From assembly GCA_963752475.1 (NCBI GenBank), contig CAVVYR010000008.1, positions 480,001 through 544,000 on the forward strand: a stretch of DNA of 64,000 nucleotides. The letters are read 5' to 3'. Shown here in pieces: positions 19,388 to 29,329 of the stretch (its first letter is position 1; every line of letters starts with the position of its first letter). The position numbers and the translations under genes are program-made. The notes below the pieces were generated by a model. It ran no database searches. It saw nothing but the letters and a program-made list of their open reading frames with translations, and was not told the origin of the DNA. The DNA is from an uncultured Chloroflexia bacterium (GTDB lineage Bacteria > Chloroflexota > Limnocylindria > Limnocylindrales > CSP1-4).

Positions 19388-21247
19388 GTGAGCAAGAACG
19401 TCGCCGTCTTCGTTGACGTTGCGAATATCTTCTATGCGGCCAAGGCCGCGGGGGTGGACATCGACTACGTCACCCTCCTCAAGTCGGCCACGGCCAACCG
19501 CGACTTCGTGCGCGCGTACGCCTACACCGGCCTCGATCCCGAGAACGAGAACCAGCGCCAGTTCCACGCCTTCCTGGCACGCTCCGGCTACAAGGTCGTG
19601 AGCAAGGACATCCGCAAGTACGGCGACGGCCGCGTCAAGGCCAACCTCGACATCGAGCTCGTCGTCGACATGATGCGCATGGCGGACAAGATCGACATCG
19701 CCATCGTCGTCTCCGGCGACGGTGACTTCGCTCCCGCCATCACGGCTGTCCAGCAGAAGGGTGTGCGCGTGGAGGTCATCAGCTTCCGCGGTAACACCAG
19801 CAGCGATCTCATCGATGTGGCCGACATCTTCATCGACATCACCAGCGTCGCCAAGGTCGAGAAGGGCGCCCGCAGCGGTCGCCGCGTCGCATCCGACGGC
19901 GATCTCTCCATGACCGAGGTTCCGGACAAGGAATCGGGCGTCAAGCCGCGCCGCCGTCGCCGCAGCGATGCGGATGACAAGACCGAGAAGCCCAGCCGCC
20001 CCCGCCGGCGTGGCGGCCGCAAGCCAGACGCGGAGAAGGTAGAGAAGGTCGAAGCAGCGGACAAGACAGAAGCGACCGCCGCAGCAGCGACAGGCGTTGC
20101 TGCGACAGGCGCTGCAGCGCTCGTCGCTCTGCCCGGCGAGAAGCTCTCGCGCGGCGCAGAGGTAGCAGAGGCTCCGGCCCAGACCGAGGAAGCCCCTGCG
20201 GCCGAGTCCACCGAACCTGCTGATGAGCAGTCCGGTGAGGACACCGGCCGTCGTCGTCGCCGCCGCCGCGGTGGCCGCGGTCGTGGTCGTGGCGGCCGTG
20301 GCGGTGAGGCTGCGCCTGAGGTGCCGGCCGAGGAGGCCGCTCCTGTCGAGGCCACCCTTGCGGAGGACGAGGTCCCGACGCTGCCCCAGCACTCCGGTTT
20401 CGGCTCCGTCTGGGATAGCCAGATCGGCGTTCCCGCGGACACGGCTGCGACCGCCACCGGAGGTGCCGAGGACCTCGAGGACCTCGAGGATGAACCGGAG
20501 GTGCCTGAGTACCTCCTGTCGGAGAAGAAGCAGGGCCGCCGCCGTGGCCGCAGCGGCCGCAGTGGCCGCAGCGGGGGTGGCTATCGTTCCGCGCTGGACC
20601 GCGAGCGCTACGGCGTCAGCGGTGGCTCTTCGCGCGGCTCGGGACGCGGCAAGGGCCGCTCGGCCAGCACGCCGCGTGCCTCTGCCCAGTCGATGGAGCC
20701 CATCGAGCAGACGCCCGGTGGCGACCCCTGGAGCGAGGTCCCACCGGAGGTCCAGGAGCTGCTGAAGGCTGAGCTTGCCCGGCGTGACGGCACCGACAGC
20801 AAGTCCCAGCCCGAGGCTGCTTCCGAGAAGGCCGACGAGGCCGAGGAGAAGCCCAAGAAGCGCACCACCCGCAAGCGCACGACCCAGAAGGCCGCTCCGG
20901 CCAAGGACGACGCGCCTGCCGACGAGGCCGAGAAGGCCGACGAGGCCGAGGAGAAGCCCAAGAAGCGCACCACCCGCAAGCGCACGACCCAGAAGGCCGC
21001 TCCGGCCAAGGACGACGCGCCTGCCGACGAGGCCGAGAAGGCCGACGAGGCTGAGGAGAAGCCCAAGAAGCGCACCACCCGCAAGCGCACGACCAAGAAG
21101 GCCGCTCCGGCCAAGGACGACGCGCCTGCCGACGAGGCCGAGAAGGCCGACGAGGCTGAGGAGAAGCCCAAGAAGCGCACCACCCGCAAGCGCACGACCA
21201 AGAAGGCCGCTCCGGCCAAGGACGACGCGCCTGCCGACGAGGCCTAG
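19388..21247 (+). CDS. NYN (LabA/DUF88, PIN-like) domain protein with long low-complexity C-terminal tail
   Basis: VFVDVANI, KANLDIELVVD, VSGDGDF, S.DL...AD.FIDI; GTG start after AGGAG. Confidence 0.88.
   Translation: MSKNVAVFVDVANIFYAAKAAGVDIDYVTLLKSATANRDFVRAYAYTGLDPENENQRQFHAFLARSGYKVVSKDIRKYGDGRVKANLDIELVVDMMRMADKIDIAIVVSGDGDFAPAITAVQQKGVRVEVISFRGNTSSDLIDVADIFIDITSVAKVEKGARSGRRVASDGDLSMTEVPDKESGVKPRRRRRSDADDKTEKPSRPRRRGGRKPDAEKVEKVEAADKTEATAAAATGVAATGAAALVALPGEKLSRGAEVAEAPAQTEEAPAAESTEPADEQSGEDTGRRRRRRRGGRGRGRGGRGGEAAPEVPAEEAAPVEATLAEDEVPTLPQHSGFGSVWDSQIGVPADTAATATGGAEDLEDLEDEPEVPEYLLSEKKQGRRRGRSGRSGRSGGGYRSALDRERYGVSGGSSRGSGRGKGRSASTPRASAQSMEPIEQTPGGDPWSEVPPEVQELLKAELARRDGTDSKSQPEAASEKADEAEEKPKKRTTRKRTTQKAAPAKDDAPADEAEKADEAEEKPKKRTTRKRTTQKAAPAKDDAPADEAEKADEAEEKPKKRTTRKRTTKKAAPAKDDAPADEAEKADEAEEKPKKRTTRKRTTKKAAPAKDDAPADEA
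20825..21244 (+). repeat. 4 x 105-bp in-frame tandem repeat
   Basis: Unit encodes EKADEAEEKPKKRTTRKRTT(Q/K)KAAPAKDDAPADEA; copies differ at two positions. Confidence 0.95.
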
Positions 21248-21256
21248 CCTCCGACC

Positions 21257-22372
21257 ATGGATCGTGCCGCCGAGCCTATCGCGCCCGGCGGCACCTTCCT
21301 GACTCGCGGCCACGCCGCGGCTCTGGCGGCGGTCGCACGCGCCGTCGTCAGCGAGCATCCGCCGCATGCCCTGCTGCTGGTGGGGCCTCGCGGCGTGGGC
21401 AAGACCACGCTGGCGCTCGATCTCGCGGCCGGTCTGCTGTGTCTGGATCACGAGCCGGCTGACCGCCCCTGCCGTGACTGCTCGGCCTGCCGCAAGGTGG
21501 CCACCGACAACCATGCCGACCTCCACCTCGTCGAGCCTGAGGGCGCGGGTGAGCAGATCCGTATCAGCCAGGTGCAGGGGCTGGCATCCGAGTTGGCGCT
21601 GACGGCCATGGAAGGCCGATTTCGTATCGCCGTCATCACCTCCGCCCAGCGACTCAACCCCGATGCTCAGAACGCGCTGCTCAAGACCCTCGAAGAGCCA
21701 GGTCCGGCGACTTGCCTGGTGCTCTGCGCGGACGATGCCGCACCCCTGCTGCCCACGGTCATCTCCAGGGCTGCCCGCCTACGCCTCGCGCCCACGCCCA
21801 TCGGTGCCCTTACCGAACTGCTGATCGAGGAAGACCGCGCCCAACCGGCGCAGGCGCGTGCTCTGGCCATCGCTTCCGGCGGACGGACCGGACTGGCCCT
21901 CCGGCTGTCGACGCAGCCGGAAGCCGTCATCGCCCGCGCTCGCATCAGCCACACGCTGCTCGAGCTCAGCACGGCCGACCGACGAGCGCGTCTCGAGGCC
22001 GCAGCCGATCTCATCACCGACGGGGCCGCGGTCGACGCCGCCTTGCGCGGCGAGGTGGCCCCCTCGGGCAAGAAGCTGCAGCCGGTCGAGCGCCGTCGGG
22101 CAGTGACGCTCGTCATCGATGTCTGGCGCGACCTCGGGCGCGACCTCGCGATGGCCGCCCAAGGGGCGGGGCAAGGCGTCCGCGACCTCGACCAGCTCGA
22201 GGGGCTGCTCGATATCGGATCACGCATGGATCTGGGCACCTTGCGGCGTTTCCTCGACCGTCTCGACCGTCTGGCGCTGGCCATCGAGGGCTACGCCAGC
22301 CCTGAGCTGACGCTGGATGCGCTGCTGTTGACGTGGCCGCACCCGCGCTCTGGCGGGAAGGCCGCCGCATGA
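21257..22372 (+). CDS. holB: DNA polymerase III subunit delta'
   Basis: HALLLVGPRGVGK, C...PC..C.AC zinc motif, H.D, AQNALLKTLEEP, LLPTVISR. Confidence 0.9.
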   Translation: MDRAAEPIAPGGTFLTRGHAAALAAVARAVVSEHPPHALLLVGPRGVGKTTLALDLAAGLLCLDHEPADRPCRDCSACRKVATDNHADLHLVEPEGAGEQIRISQVQGLASELALTAMEGRFRIAVITSAQRLNPDAQNALLKTLEEPGPATCLVLCADDAAPLLPTVISRAARLRLAPTPIGALTELLIEEDRAQPAQARALAIASGGRTGLALRLSTQPEAVIARARISHTLLELSTADRRARLEAAADLITDGAAVDAALRGEVAPSGKKLQPVERRRAVTLVIDVWRDLGRDLAMAAQGAGQGVRDLDQLEGLLDIGSRMDLGTLRRFLDRLDRLALAIEGYASPELTLDALLLTWPHPRSGGKAAA

Positions 22373-22671
22373 GTTCGCCCGAGCGGCGACTCGTGGCCAT
22401 CGTCCGCGGCATGGTCCAGGGCGTCGGATTCCGCTGGTTCGTGCAGCGCGAGGCGGGGCGGCTCGGCCTCGACGGCTGGGTCGCCAACCAGGCCGACGGC
22501 TCGGTCGAGGTGGTGGTGGAGGGCTCGGAGGCTGCGCTCGGCGAGCTCGTGCTGATGCTGTGGGAGGGTCCTCCGGGCGCGTCGGTCGGTGGCGTCGACG
22601 TGCGCCATGAACCCGCACGCGGCAACATCGCCGGCTTCACCATCCGCAGCGGTGCACATCGCGGTGACTGA
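22369..22671 (+). CDS. acyP: acylphosphatase
   Basis: GMVQGVGFR, GWVAN.ADGSVE, GPP.A.V. Confidence 0.93.
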   Translation: MSSPERRLVAIVRGMVQGVGFRWFVQREAGRLGLDGWVANQADGSVEVVVEGSEAALGELVLMLWEGPPGASVGGVDVRHEPARGNIAGFTIRSGAHRGD

Positions 22672-22689
22672 GGGCTCGAGCGGTCGCTG

Positions 22690-22960
22690 CCACCGGCTTC
22701 AGCGCGCGGCAATGGGATCTGCCCGACCTTGGCGTAGGCGCCTTCGAACGCAGCGTGCTGCCGGCGATGACCGACCACGACGAGCCAGCCACCGTTCCGC
22801 GGTCTCGTTCGCGGGCACCATCACGCAGGGCGTGTCCGGCCTCGGGAAGTTCGGCATCCCTGGCAACTCGACGGTGATGCTGCACTTGACGAAGGCCCGC
22901 TCACCGGGTACCGCACCGCCGAGCATCGCAAGCCACTGCGCGCGCTGCTCGGAGATGTGC
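22690..22960 (-). pseudogene. possible degraded, frameshifted gene remnant
   Basis: Two consecutive minus-strand frames with GC3-rich codons (AFVKCSITVELPGMPNFPRPDTPCVMVP then WLVVVGHRRQHAAFEGAYAKVG); no clean start or stop. Confidence 0.3.
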
Positions 22961-22983
22961 TCGGCTAGGCTATCGTGACTGCC

Positions 22984-25900
22984 ATGGACTTCCGCATCGC
23001 CCGTCCGGCCCGTGACCGCTATGGCTTCGACGAAAGCCTCTTCTCGAGTGACGGAGACGCCATCGTCTTCGACCCCGCCCGCGCCATCGCGCTGGCTGAG
23101 CGCTTCGTCGACGAGGACGCCGACCGTGCCCGGGCGGCCTCGGAGATCGCTGCCATCGGCCTCATCCATGAGCTGGGTCACCGTGCTGTCTCGGTAGAGC
23201 GTCGGGGTGACCCCGTCGGTGGCGGTCCGATGGCCCGTGGACTTGCCGAGCTCGACTCACGCGTCGGTGAGGACGCGGTCGATGAGGGACTCTCGAACTA
23301 CGAGACCGCGTTCCCGGCCCTGCCCGTCTACCGCGACGAGGTGCCGGTCGGTGAGTGGCTGGCGCGGCCCAAGAGCGACGTACCCGGTCGCGAGGCGGCA
23401 CTCGAGGAGCTGGCCTTGACGAGCATCGCAGCGCGCAATCCGGCCGCCGCGCCCTATCGCGAGTTGACCTCCGACCCATCGCTCACGGAGTCGACCCAGA
23501 AGCGATTGCTCGACGCTGTGGCCGGTGCCGACCTCGACCCTGACGACCCGGACCTTGAGCGAAAGGCACCCGCGCACACGCTGTGGCAGCGCCTCATCGA
23601 ACCGATGGAGACGGCGCCCCAGTCGCTGGCCGCCCAACTGCGCTGGATCCGCATCCATTGGGCCGGCTGGCTCGACGATGCCGACCTGCTGCACATCGAC
23701 CGCCAGCTGGGTGTGCTCGACGAGATCGATCGCCTGGCGTGGCTGCGGGCGCAGGGTGGCCCAGGCAGCGGCGACCAGGCCGACTCGGCGGCGCTGTCGG
23801 GCTTCGGCGGCTTCGACGACGAACCGGAGGCCTTCAGCGAGGACCGCGACTGGATGGCCGAGCTCGTGCTCGTGGCCAAGTCCACCTACGTCTGGCTCTC
23901 GCAGCTCTCTCGCGACTACGGCCGTGAGATCACGCGTCTCGACCAGATCCCGGACGAGGAGCTCGACGAGCTGCGTGCGCGGGGCTTCAGCGGGCTCTGG
24001 CTGATCGGCCTCTGGGAGCGCAGCCCGGCCTCTCGGAAGATCAAGCAATGGCGCGGTAATCCTGACGCCATGGCCTCGGCCTACTCGGTGGCTGACTACC
24101 GCATCGCCGACGAGCTGGGAGGTGACCCGGCTTGGCAGAACCTGCGCGATCGTGCGGCCGCACGCGGCATCCGCCTGGCCGCGGACATGGTGCCCAACCA
24201 CATGGGCATCGACTCCACTTGGGTCGTGGAGCGCCCCGACTTGTTCATCTCCACGCCGTACCCCCCGTTCGAGTCGTACTCCTTCACGGGTGATGATCTC
24301 TCGAGCGACGACCGTGTCGTCATCCAACTGGAGGATCACTACTGGGACTCGTCGGATGCGGCGGTCGTCTTCAAGCGCATCGACAAGGCCTCGGGCGAGG
24401 AGCGCTACATCTACCACGGCAACGACGGCACCAGCTTCCCCTGGAACGACACGGCGCAACTGGACTACCTCAGGGAGGAGGTGCGCGAGGCTGTCATCGG
24501 CCAGATCCTCGAGGTCGCGCGCCGGTTCAACGTGATCCGCTTCGACGCTGCCATGGTCCTGGCCCGACGTCACATCCAGCGCTTGTGGTACCCGCTGCCG
24601 GGTCACGAGGCCGGGATCCCCTCACGCTCGGTCGCGGCCGTGCCGGCCGACGAGCTGCGACGGCTGATGCCGCAGGAGTTCTGGCGCGAGGTCGTCGACC
24701 GGGTCGCCCAAGAGGTGCCGGACACGCTCCTACTGGCCGAGGCCTTCTGGCTCATGGAGGGCTACTTCGTGCGCACCCTGGGCATGCACCGCGTGTACAA
24801 CAGCGCCTTCATGCACATGCTGCGGGACGAGAAGAACGCGGAGTACCAGCAGGTCATCCGCGAGACCGTCCAGTTCGACGCACGCATCCTGGGCCGCTAC
24901 GTCAACTTCATGAACAATCCCGACGAGCGCTCGGCCGTCGATCAGTTCGGTAGTCATGATAAGTACTTCGGTGTAGCGACGCTGCTGGCCACGCTGCCGG
25001 GCCTGCCCATGTTCGGCCACGGCCAGTTCGAGGGCTACAGCGAGCAGTACGGGATGGAGTTTCGCCGGCCGCAGCGTGACGAGTGGCCCGATCAAGGGCT
25101 CGTCGAGCGGCACCGTCGGGAGATCAGCCCGCTTCTGCACGAGCGCTGGCGCTTCTCCGGCGCTGCCGGCTTCCGCCAACTCACCGCACTCGAAGGTGGG
25201 GGAGCGACCCACGATGTCTTTACGTATGCTAACGATGCGGAGAACGGGCCCCGGGGCGCGATGGAGAAGCGCTCGCTGGTGGTCTATCTCAACCGCTACC
25301 CGCGGGCGCACGTGCGCATCCCCGGCGTGGCCGAGGCACTGAGCCTGGGCTTCGAGCGTGACGGCTACGTCATCCTTCGCGATCACCAGACCGGGCTGGA
25401 CTACCTGCGCCAGCTCGCTGACCTGCGACAGAACGGCCTCGAGCTGGAGCTCGATGGCTACGGCTGCCATGTCTTCCTTGCCTTCGAGGAGGTCTCCGAC
25501 GCCGGTGGTGCCGGTTGGGCCGAGCTGGCCCAGCGCCAGGGCTTGGCCGGCATGCCCGACGCCCACGCGGCGCTGCGCCGGATGCGGGACGAGCCGGTCC
25601 GCGAGGCCGTGCGCGCGGTCTTCGCCACGCGCGTGGCCGAGGAAGCATTCCTGCCGGATGTCTCGGGTGAGCCCGATACACACGCCGGCGCCGACGCTGC
25701 CCGGAGCGCGCTCACGACCGCGTTCGAGCGACTAGCCTCGGTCGTCGGCTCGCAGACTGACGTCACCGGCACCGCCATCGAGACGGCGCGTGTGGCTGCG
25801 AGCGTGCGTACGGTCCGCCCTCGCCTGCTGGCCCAGGCGTTGGCCGGCTGGACCATCTTCAGCGCCATCGGCAGCGTCGCTTGCGACGGTCATGCCGGCC

Positions 25901-26298
25901 GCACCAGCGACGTCTTCGGAGCCTGGGATGGCGCCGACGCGGTCGGTGATCTTGCGCGCAGGTCGGGGACCGGCGATGCGCAGGCATGGCGGGCGGCCGA
26001 GCTGGCTCATGCACTGCTTGCCATCGAGCCCGGCCAGCTGCTTGAGGCGGCGGACGCTGACGGACTGCCGGCCGCGTGGTTCGAGATCCCGGCCGTGCGT
26101 GCCGCGACCGGCTGGAACCAGTGGGAAGGTGCAACGTACATCTCGGCCGAAGCCTGGGACCAGTTCGTCGATGCCCTCGCCGAACGAGAGATGCTACTCG
26201 ACCTGCCGGGTGCCAGCGACCATGCTGCTGAGCTGCGGCGACGCGCGGCAGAGGCCTCGTACCAGATCGACGCCACGGACGATCGCGACGCACGATGA
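22984..26298 (+). CDS. alpha-amylase family (GH13) glycoside hydrolase, large
   Basis: GLWLIGLWERS, AYS..DY, DMVPNH, WNDTAQL, IRFDAAM nucleophile, AEAFW acid/base, NNPDE. Confidence 0.88.
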   Translation: MDFRIARPARDRYGFDESLFSSDGDAIVFDPARAIALAERFVDEDADRARAASEIAAIGLIHELGHRAVSVERRGDPVGGGPMARGLAELDSRVGEDAVDEGLSNYETAFPALPVYRDEVPVGEWLARPKSDVPGREAALEELALTSIAARNPAAAPYRELTSDPSLTESTQKRLLDAVAGADLDPDDPDLERKAPAHTLWQRLIEPMETAPQSLAAQLRWIRIHWAGWLDDADLLHIDRQLGVLDEIDRLAWLRAQGGPGSGDQADSAALSGFGGFDDEPEAFSEDRDWMAELVLVAKSTYVWLSQLSRDYGREITRLDQIPDEELDELRARGFSGLWLIGLWERSPASRKIKQWRGNPDAMASAYSVADYRIADELGGDPAWQNLRDRAAARGIRLAADMVPNHMGIDSTWVVERPDLFISTPYPPFESYSFTGDDLSSDDRVVIQLEDHYWDSSDAAVVFKRIDKASGEERYIYHGNDGTSFPWNDTAQLDYLREEVREAVIGQILEVARRFNVIRFDAAMVLARRHIQRLWYPLPGHEAGIPSRSVAAVPADELRRLMPQEFWREVVDRVAQEVPDTLLLAEAFWLMEGYFVRTLGMHRVYNSAFMHMLRDEKNAEYQQVIRETVQFDARILGRYVNFMNNPDERSAVDQFGSHDKYFGVATLLATLPGLPMFGHGQFEGYSEQYGMEFRRPQRDEWPDQGLVERHRREISPLLHERWRFSGAAGFRQLTALEGGGATHDVFTYANDAENGPRGAMEKRSLVVYLNRYPRAHVRIPGVAEALSLGFERDGYVILRDHQTGLDYLRQLADLRQNGLELELDGYGCHVFLAFEEVSDAGGAGWAELAQRQGLAGMPDAHAALRRMRDEPVREAVRAVFATRVAEEAFLPDVSGEPDTHAGADAARSALTTAFERLASVVGSQTDVTGTAIETARVAASVRTVRPRLLAQALAGWTIFSAIGSVACDGHAGRTSDVFGAWDGADAVGDLARRSGTGDAQAWRAAELAHALLAIEPGQLLEAADADGLPAAWFEIPAVRAATGWNQWEGATYISAEAWDQFVDALAEREMLLDLPGASDHAAELRRRAAEASYQIDATDDRDAR

Positions 26299-26990
26299 GC
26301 GGCGATCGCCTCGGCGATCTCGTCGCTGACATCACTACCTGCCGCCGCTGTCCGCGCTTGGTCGAGTGGCGCGAGGAGGTGGCGCGCACGAAGGTCGCGC
26401 GCCACCGCGACTCGGTCTACTGGGGTCGCCCGGTGCCTGGGTTCGGCGACCCGGAGGCTCGCCTGCTCGTGCTGGGACTGGCGCCGGCAGCCCACGGAGC
26501 CAACCGCACTGGACGCGTATTCACCGGCGACAACCCCGGCGGCTCCGGGGAGATCCTCTACGAGGCGCTGTATCGAGCGGACTACTCTCCGCGACCCCGC
26601 TCGATGGGCCCAGCCGACGACCTCAAGCTGCAGGACTGCTACATCGCCGCGGTCAACCGCTGTGCGCCACCGGCCAACAAGCCCACCACCGAGGAGCGGG
26701 ACAACTGCATCCCGTTCCTCGCACGCGAGCTGCGGCTGCTGGCGCGCGCGCGCGTCATCCTCGTGCTTGGCGGCTATGCCTGGGACGCGACCTTGCGCGT
26801 ACTCGCCGGTGAGGGACACAAGCTCACGCCGAAGCCGAAGTTCGGGCACGGCGCGGAGGCTGCGGTCGGGCCCTACACGCTCGTGGGCTGTTATCACCCC
26901 AGCCAGCAGAACATGTTCACCGGTCGGCTCACGACGGACATGCTCGACGAGGTGCTGGCGCGTGCACGGGACCTGGTGGAGTCCCCGTAG
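26295..26990 (+). CDS. uracil-DNA glycosylase, family 5 (UdgB-like, Fe-S)
   Basis: CRRCPRLV.WRE, YWGRPVPGFGD, GLAPAAHGANRTGR.FTGD, RCAPP.NKP, YHPSQQN. Confidence 0.92.
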   Translation: MSGDRLGDLVADITTCRRCPRLVEWREEVARTKVARHRDSVYWGRPVPGFGDPEARLLVLGLAPAAHGANRTGRVFTGDNPGGSGEILYEALYRADYSPRPRSMGPADDLKLQDCYIAAVNRCAPPANKPTTEERDNCIPFLARELRLLARARVILVLGGYAWDATLRVLAGEGHKLTPKPKFGHGAEAAVGPYTLVGCYHPSQQNMFTGRLTTDMLDEVLARARDLVESP

Positions 26991-27114
26991 CCGAGTAGAT
27001 CGGCCGTGACATTTGGTCATCGCTGCGCTATACCTTTCCCAAGGGCTGTGAAGAGGGAAGGCAGAGTGCCAGGCCGGGGGGTCCGGTCCAGTGGACTCGC
27101 AGGAGATCATCGAG

Positions 27115-28350
27115 ATGACCCCCAGGAAGACCGTTGTGCTCATCGCAGCGTCAGCGTTGGCTGTGGCGCTGGCGGCTCCGGTATCGGCCCAGCCCACCAT
27201 CGAGGTCGTGGCCGAGGGCTTGCATGCCCCCAGAGGGCTGGCCGTAGCCGGCGACGGCAGCCTGCTCGTGGCTGAGGCCGGCCAGGCCGGCGACGTTTGC
27301 CCCGAGATGGCCGCAGGCTTCTGCTTTGGTGCGTCCGGCTCCATCGCACACATCAGCGACGGCAGCGTCGAGCGCATCATCGAGGGTCTGCCGTCCTCTG
27401 GCTCCGGCCCCGAGCTGGTGGGTCCGTCCGACGTGGCCATGGTCGATGAGGACCACTTCTACGTGGTCGTGAACAGCGGTGCCGACCCGGCTATGCGCGA
27501 GGGCCTGCCTCCGGAGATGTCCGCTATGGGCTGGCTTGTGATGGGCTCCAGCGACGGCAGCTCAAAGCCGGTCGCAGATGTCGCCGGTTTCGAGTCGACC
27601 GATGATCCTGACGCGGAGTACTCGGGCGGCGTGCCCGACGCCAACCCACACTCCGTGGCCCTCGCTGCGGATGGCAGCGTGGTCGTGGCCGATGCCGGCC
27701 AGAACGCGCTGCTGGGTGTGGACGACGCCGGCACGGTCTCGCTCATCACGCTCTTCCCGCCCCGCGAGCACCTGTTCTCGGCCGAGCTGATGGCGGCGAT
27801 GGGCCCACCACCGGAGGTCGATGGCGAGATGGCGGCGGAGGGTGAGGCCATGGCCGAGGGCGCTGAGATGGGCGAAGCCGACGAGATGGCCGAGGCTCCA
27901 CCGGAGGGCGCGATGGTCCCGGTCCCGGTCGAGTCCGTGCCGACGGCCGTCGTGCTCGGACCCGATGGTGCCTACTACGTCGGAGAGCTCACGGGCGGCC
28001 CGTTTCCGGTCGGCGGCGCGAGCGTTTGGCGCGTGGTCCCGGGCGAGGAACCCACCGAGTATGCGACCGGGCTCACCAACATCATGGACCTTGGCTTCGG
28101 TCCCGACGGTACGCTCTACGTGGCTGAGATCGTGCACGAGGGCTTGATGCCTCTCTTCATGGGTGGCGACGTTGCGCCGATCGGCGCGGTCATGAGCGTT
28201 CCATCCGGCGGCGGAGCGGCCGCGGTCCTCGCTACGGGCCCGGAGCTGATGGCCCTCGGCGGTCTGGCCGTCGGTGACGATGGCGCCATCTACGTCAGCG
28301 CCAACACGCTTGGCCCCGAGGGCGGCACGGTCGTCAAGATCACTCCCTAG
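27115..28350 (+). CDS. ScyD/ScyE family secreted beta-propeller protein
   Basis: Signal peptide, GL.APRGLA, VAEAG, ANP, VADAG.N, ESVPT.V..GPDGAYYVGELTG.PF, FGPDGTLYV. Confidence 0.82.
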   Translation: MTPRKTVVLIAASALAVALAAPVSAQPTIEVVAEGLHAPRGLAVAGDGSLLVAEAGQAGDVCPEMAAGFCFGASGSIAHISDGSVERIIEGLPSSGSGPELVGPSDVAMVDEDHFYVVVNSGADPAMREGLPPEMSAMGWLVMGSSDGSSKPVADVAGFESTDDPDAEYSGGVPDANPHSVALAADGSVVVADAGQNALLGVDDAGTVSLITLFPPREHLFSAELMAAMGPPPEVDGEMAAEGEAMAEGAEMGEADEMAEAPPEGAMVPVPVESVPTAVVLGPDGAYYVGELTGGPFPVGGASVWRVVPGEEPTEYATGLTNIMDLGFGPDGTLYVAEIVHEGLMPLFMGGDVAPIGAVMSVPSGGGAAAVLATGPELMALGGLAVGDDGAIYVSANTLGPEGGTVVKITP

Positions 28351-28374
28351 CCCCGAGGTTCACCCGCGATCGAC

Positions 28375-28403
28375 GACGGCTCGCCCCTCCGGGGCGGGCC
28401 GTC
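28375..28403. terminator. hairpin between convergent genes
   Basis: GACGGCTCGCCCC-TCC-GGGGCGGGCCGTC. Confidence 0.6.
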
Positions 28404-28417
28404 ACTTCATGTGGCGG

Positions 28418-29272
28418 CTAGCCGTCCAGGTGGCGGAAGTTCGGCCACAGCTGGAGGTCGATGTGCGGGGCCATCTCCAAGAGCTCCCGGACGTCGCCCT
28501 CCAGCGACTCCACCAGGTCGGCCGGCTCGTCGAGGGCAGCAGGGGAGGGCCGCTTCTTCGAGACGTTGTAGGCCTTGCCCAGGTCCTCGGGCGGCGGCAC
28601 CCAGTCGTCAAGCTCGAGGAACTCCAGCGTGCGCTGGTACTCGGCCGCCGGATCCTGCAGGCACTTCTCGAACTGCAGCACGAGCAGGCGGTCCAGCCCG
28701 TAGGCCTCCACGTACGGTCGCAGCGCGAAGGCGTAGAACGAGCGGGCGTAAGCATCCTTGCGGCCGGCCCACAGGTTCAGCCGCTTGCCACGCCGCTCCT
28801 TGTGCTTCTGCCACTGACCCACACCCGAGCGGTAGCGTTCGACGGGATCCCGTAGCAGCACCACCAGCTTGGCCTTCGGGGCCACGGCCTTCATCGCTTC
28901 GACCACGCCCGGCACGTTCATATACCGCGGCGTCCACTCGCCGACCATCTTGCCCTCGGGCCGGGGGAAGTAGCGGTAGTACTCCTCGCGATCGGCGTCG
29001 AACAGCGGCCGCCAGCCGAAGCGGCTCAGCTGGTGCGTCTCCTTGAGCTGCCAGCCGACCACGTCGGGGTGCTTGACGATGAGCTTCCACCAGCGGGTGG
29101 TGCCGGCCTTCTGTACGCCGATGCCGATGTAGTCGGGCGGACCCGTCGTCCAGCCCTCCTTCAGCGGTGGCGGCGGCGCACCGCTGCCCGAACGCCGTTT
29201 GCCGCTGCTGTTCGGTGCGTCCGACGATCTCCTCGGCCGGACCAGGCGCTGCACGCGTCGCTTGATGTTCAC
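28418..29272 (-). CDS. PAPS-dependent sulfotransferase family protein
   Basis: PDYIGIGVQKAGTT (5'-PSB), KETH, GEWTPRY, LLRDPVERYRS (3'-PB); GTG start after GGAG. Confidence 0.85.
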   Translation of the reverse strand: MNIKRRVQRLVRPRRSSDAPNSSGKRRSGSGAPPPPLKEGWTTGPPDYIGIGVQKAGTTRWWKLIVKHPDVVGWQLKETHQLSRFGWRPLFDADREEYYRYFPRPEGKMVGEWTPRYMNVPGVVEAMKAVAPKAKLVVLLRDPVERYRSGVGQWQKHKERRGKRLNLWAGRKDAYARSFYAFALRPYVEAYGLDRLLVLQFEKCLQDPAAEYQRTLEFLELDDWVPPPEDLGKAYNVSKKRPSPAALDEPADLVESLEGDVRELLEMAPHIDLQLWPNFRHLDG

Positions 29273-29329
29273 GTCTCCGAGTGTGCCATGTCCGCGGCCG
29301 GCCGCGCCGCTCCCTAGACTGAATGGTGA

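Noticed and set aside
20825-21244. Tandem repeats as a CRISPR array
   Set aside because: Contiguous 105-bp in-frame coding repeats with no unique spacers and no cas genes
19265-21526. Long antisense or alternative-frame ORFs (e.g. 19265..21526, 32785..34926, 46950..48680, 53243..54880)
   Set aside because: Shadow ORFs typical of high-GC DNA, overlapping well-supported genes and lacking family motifs
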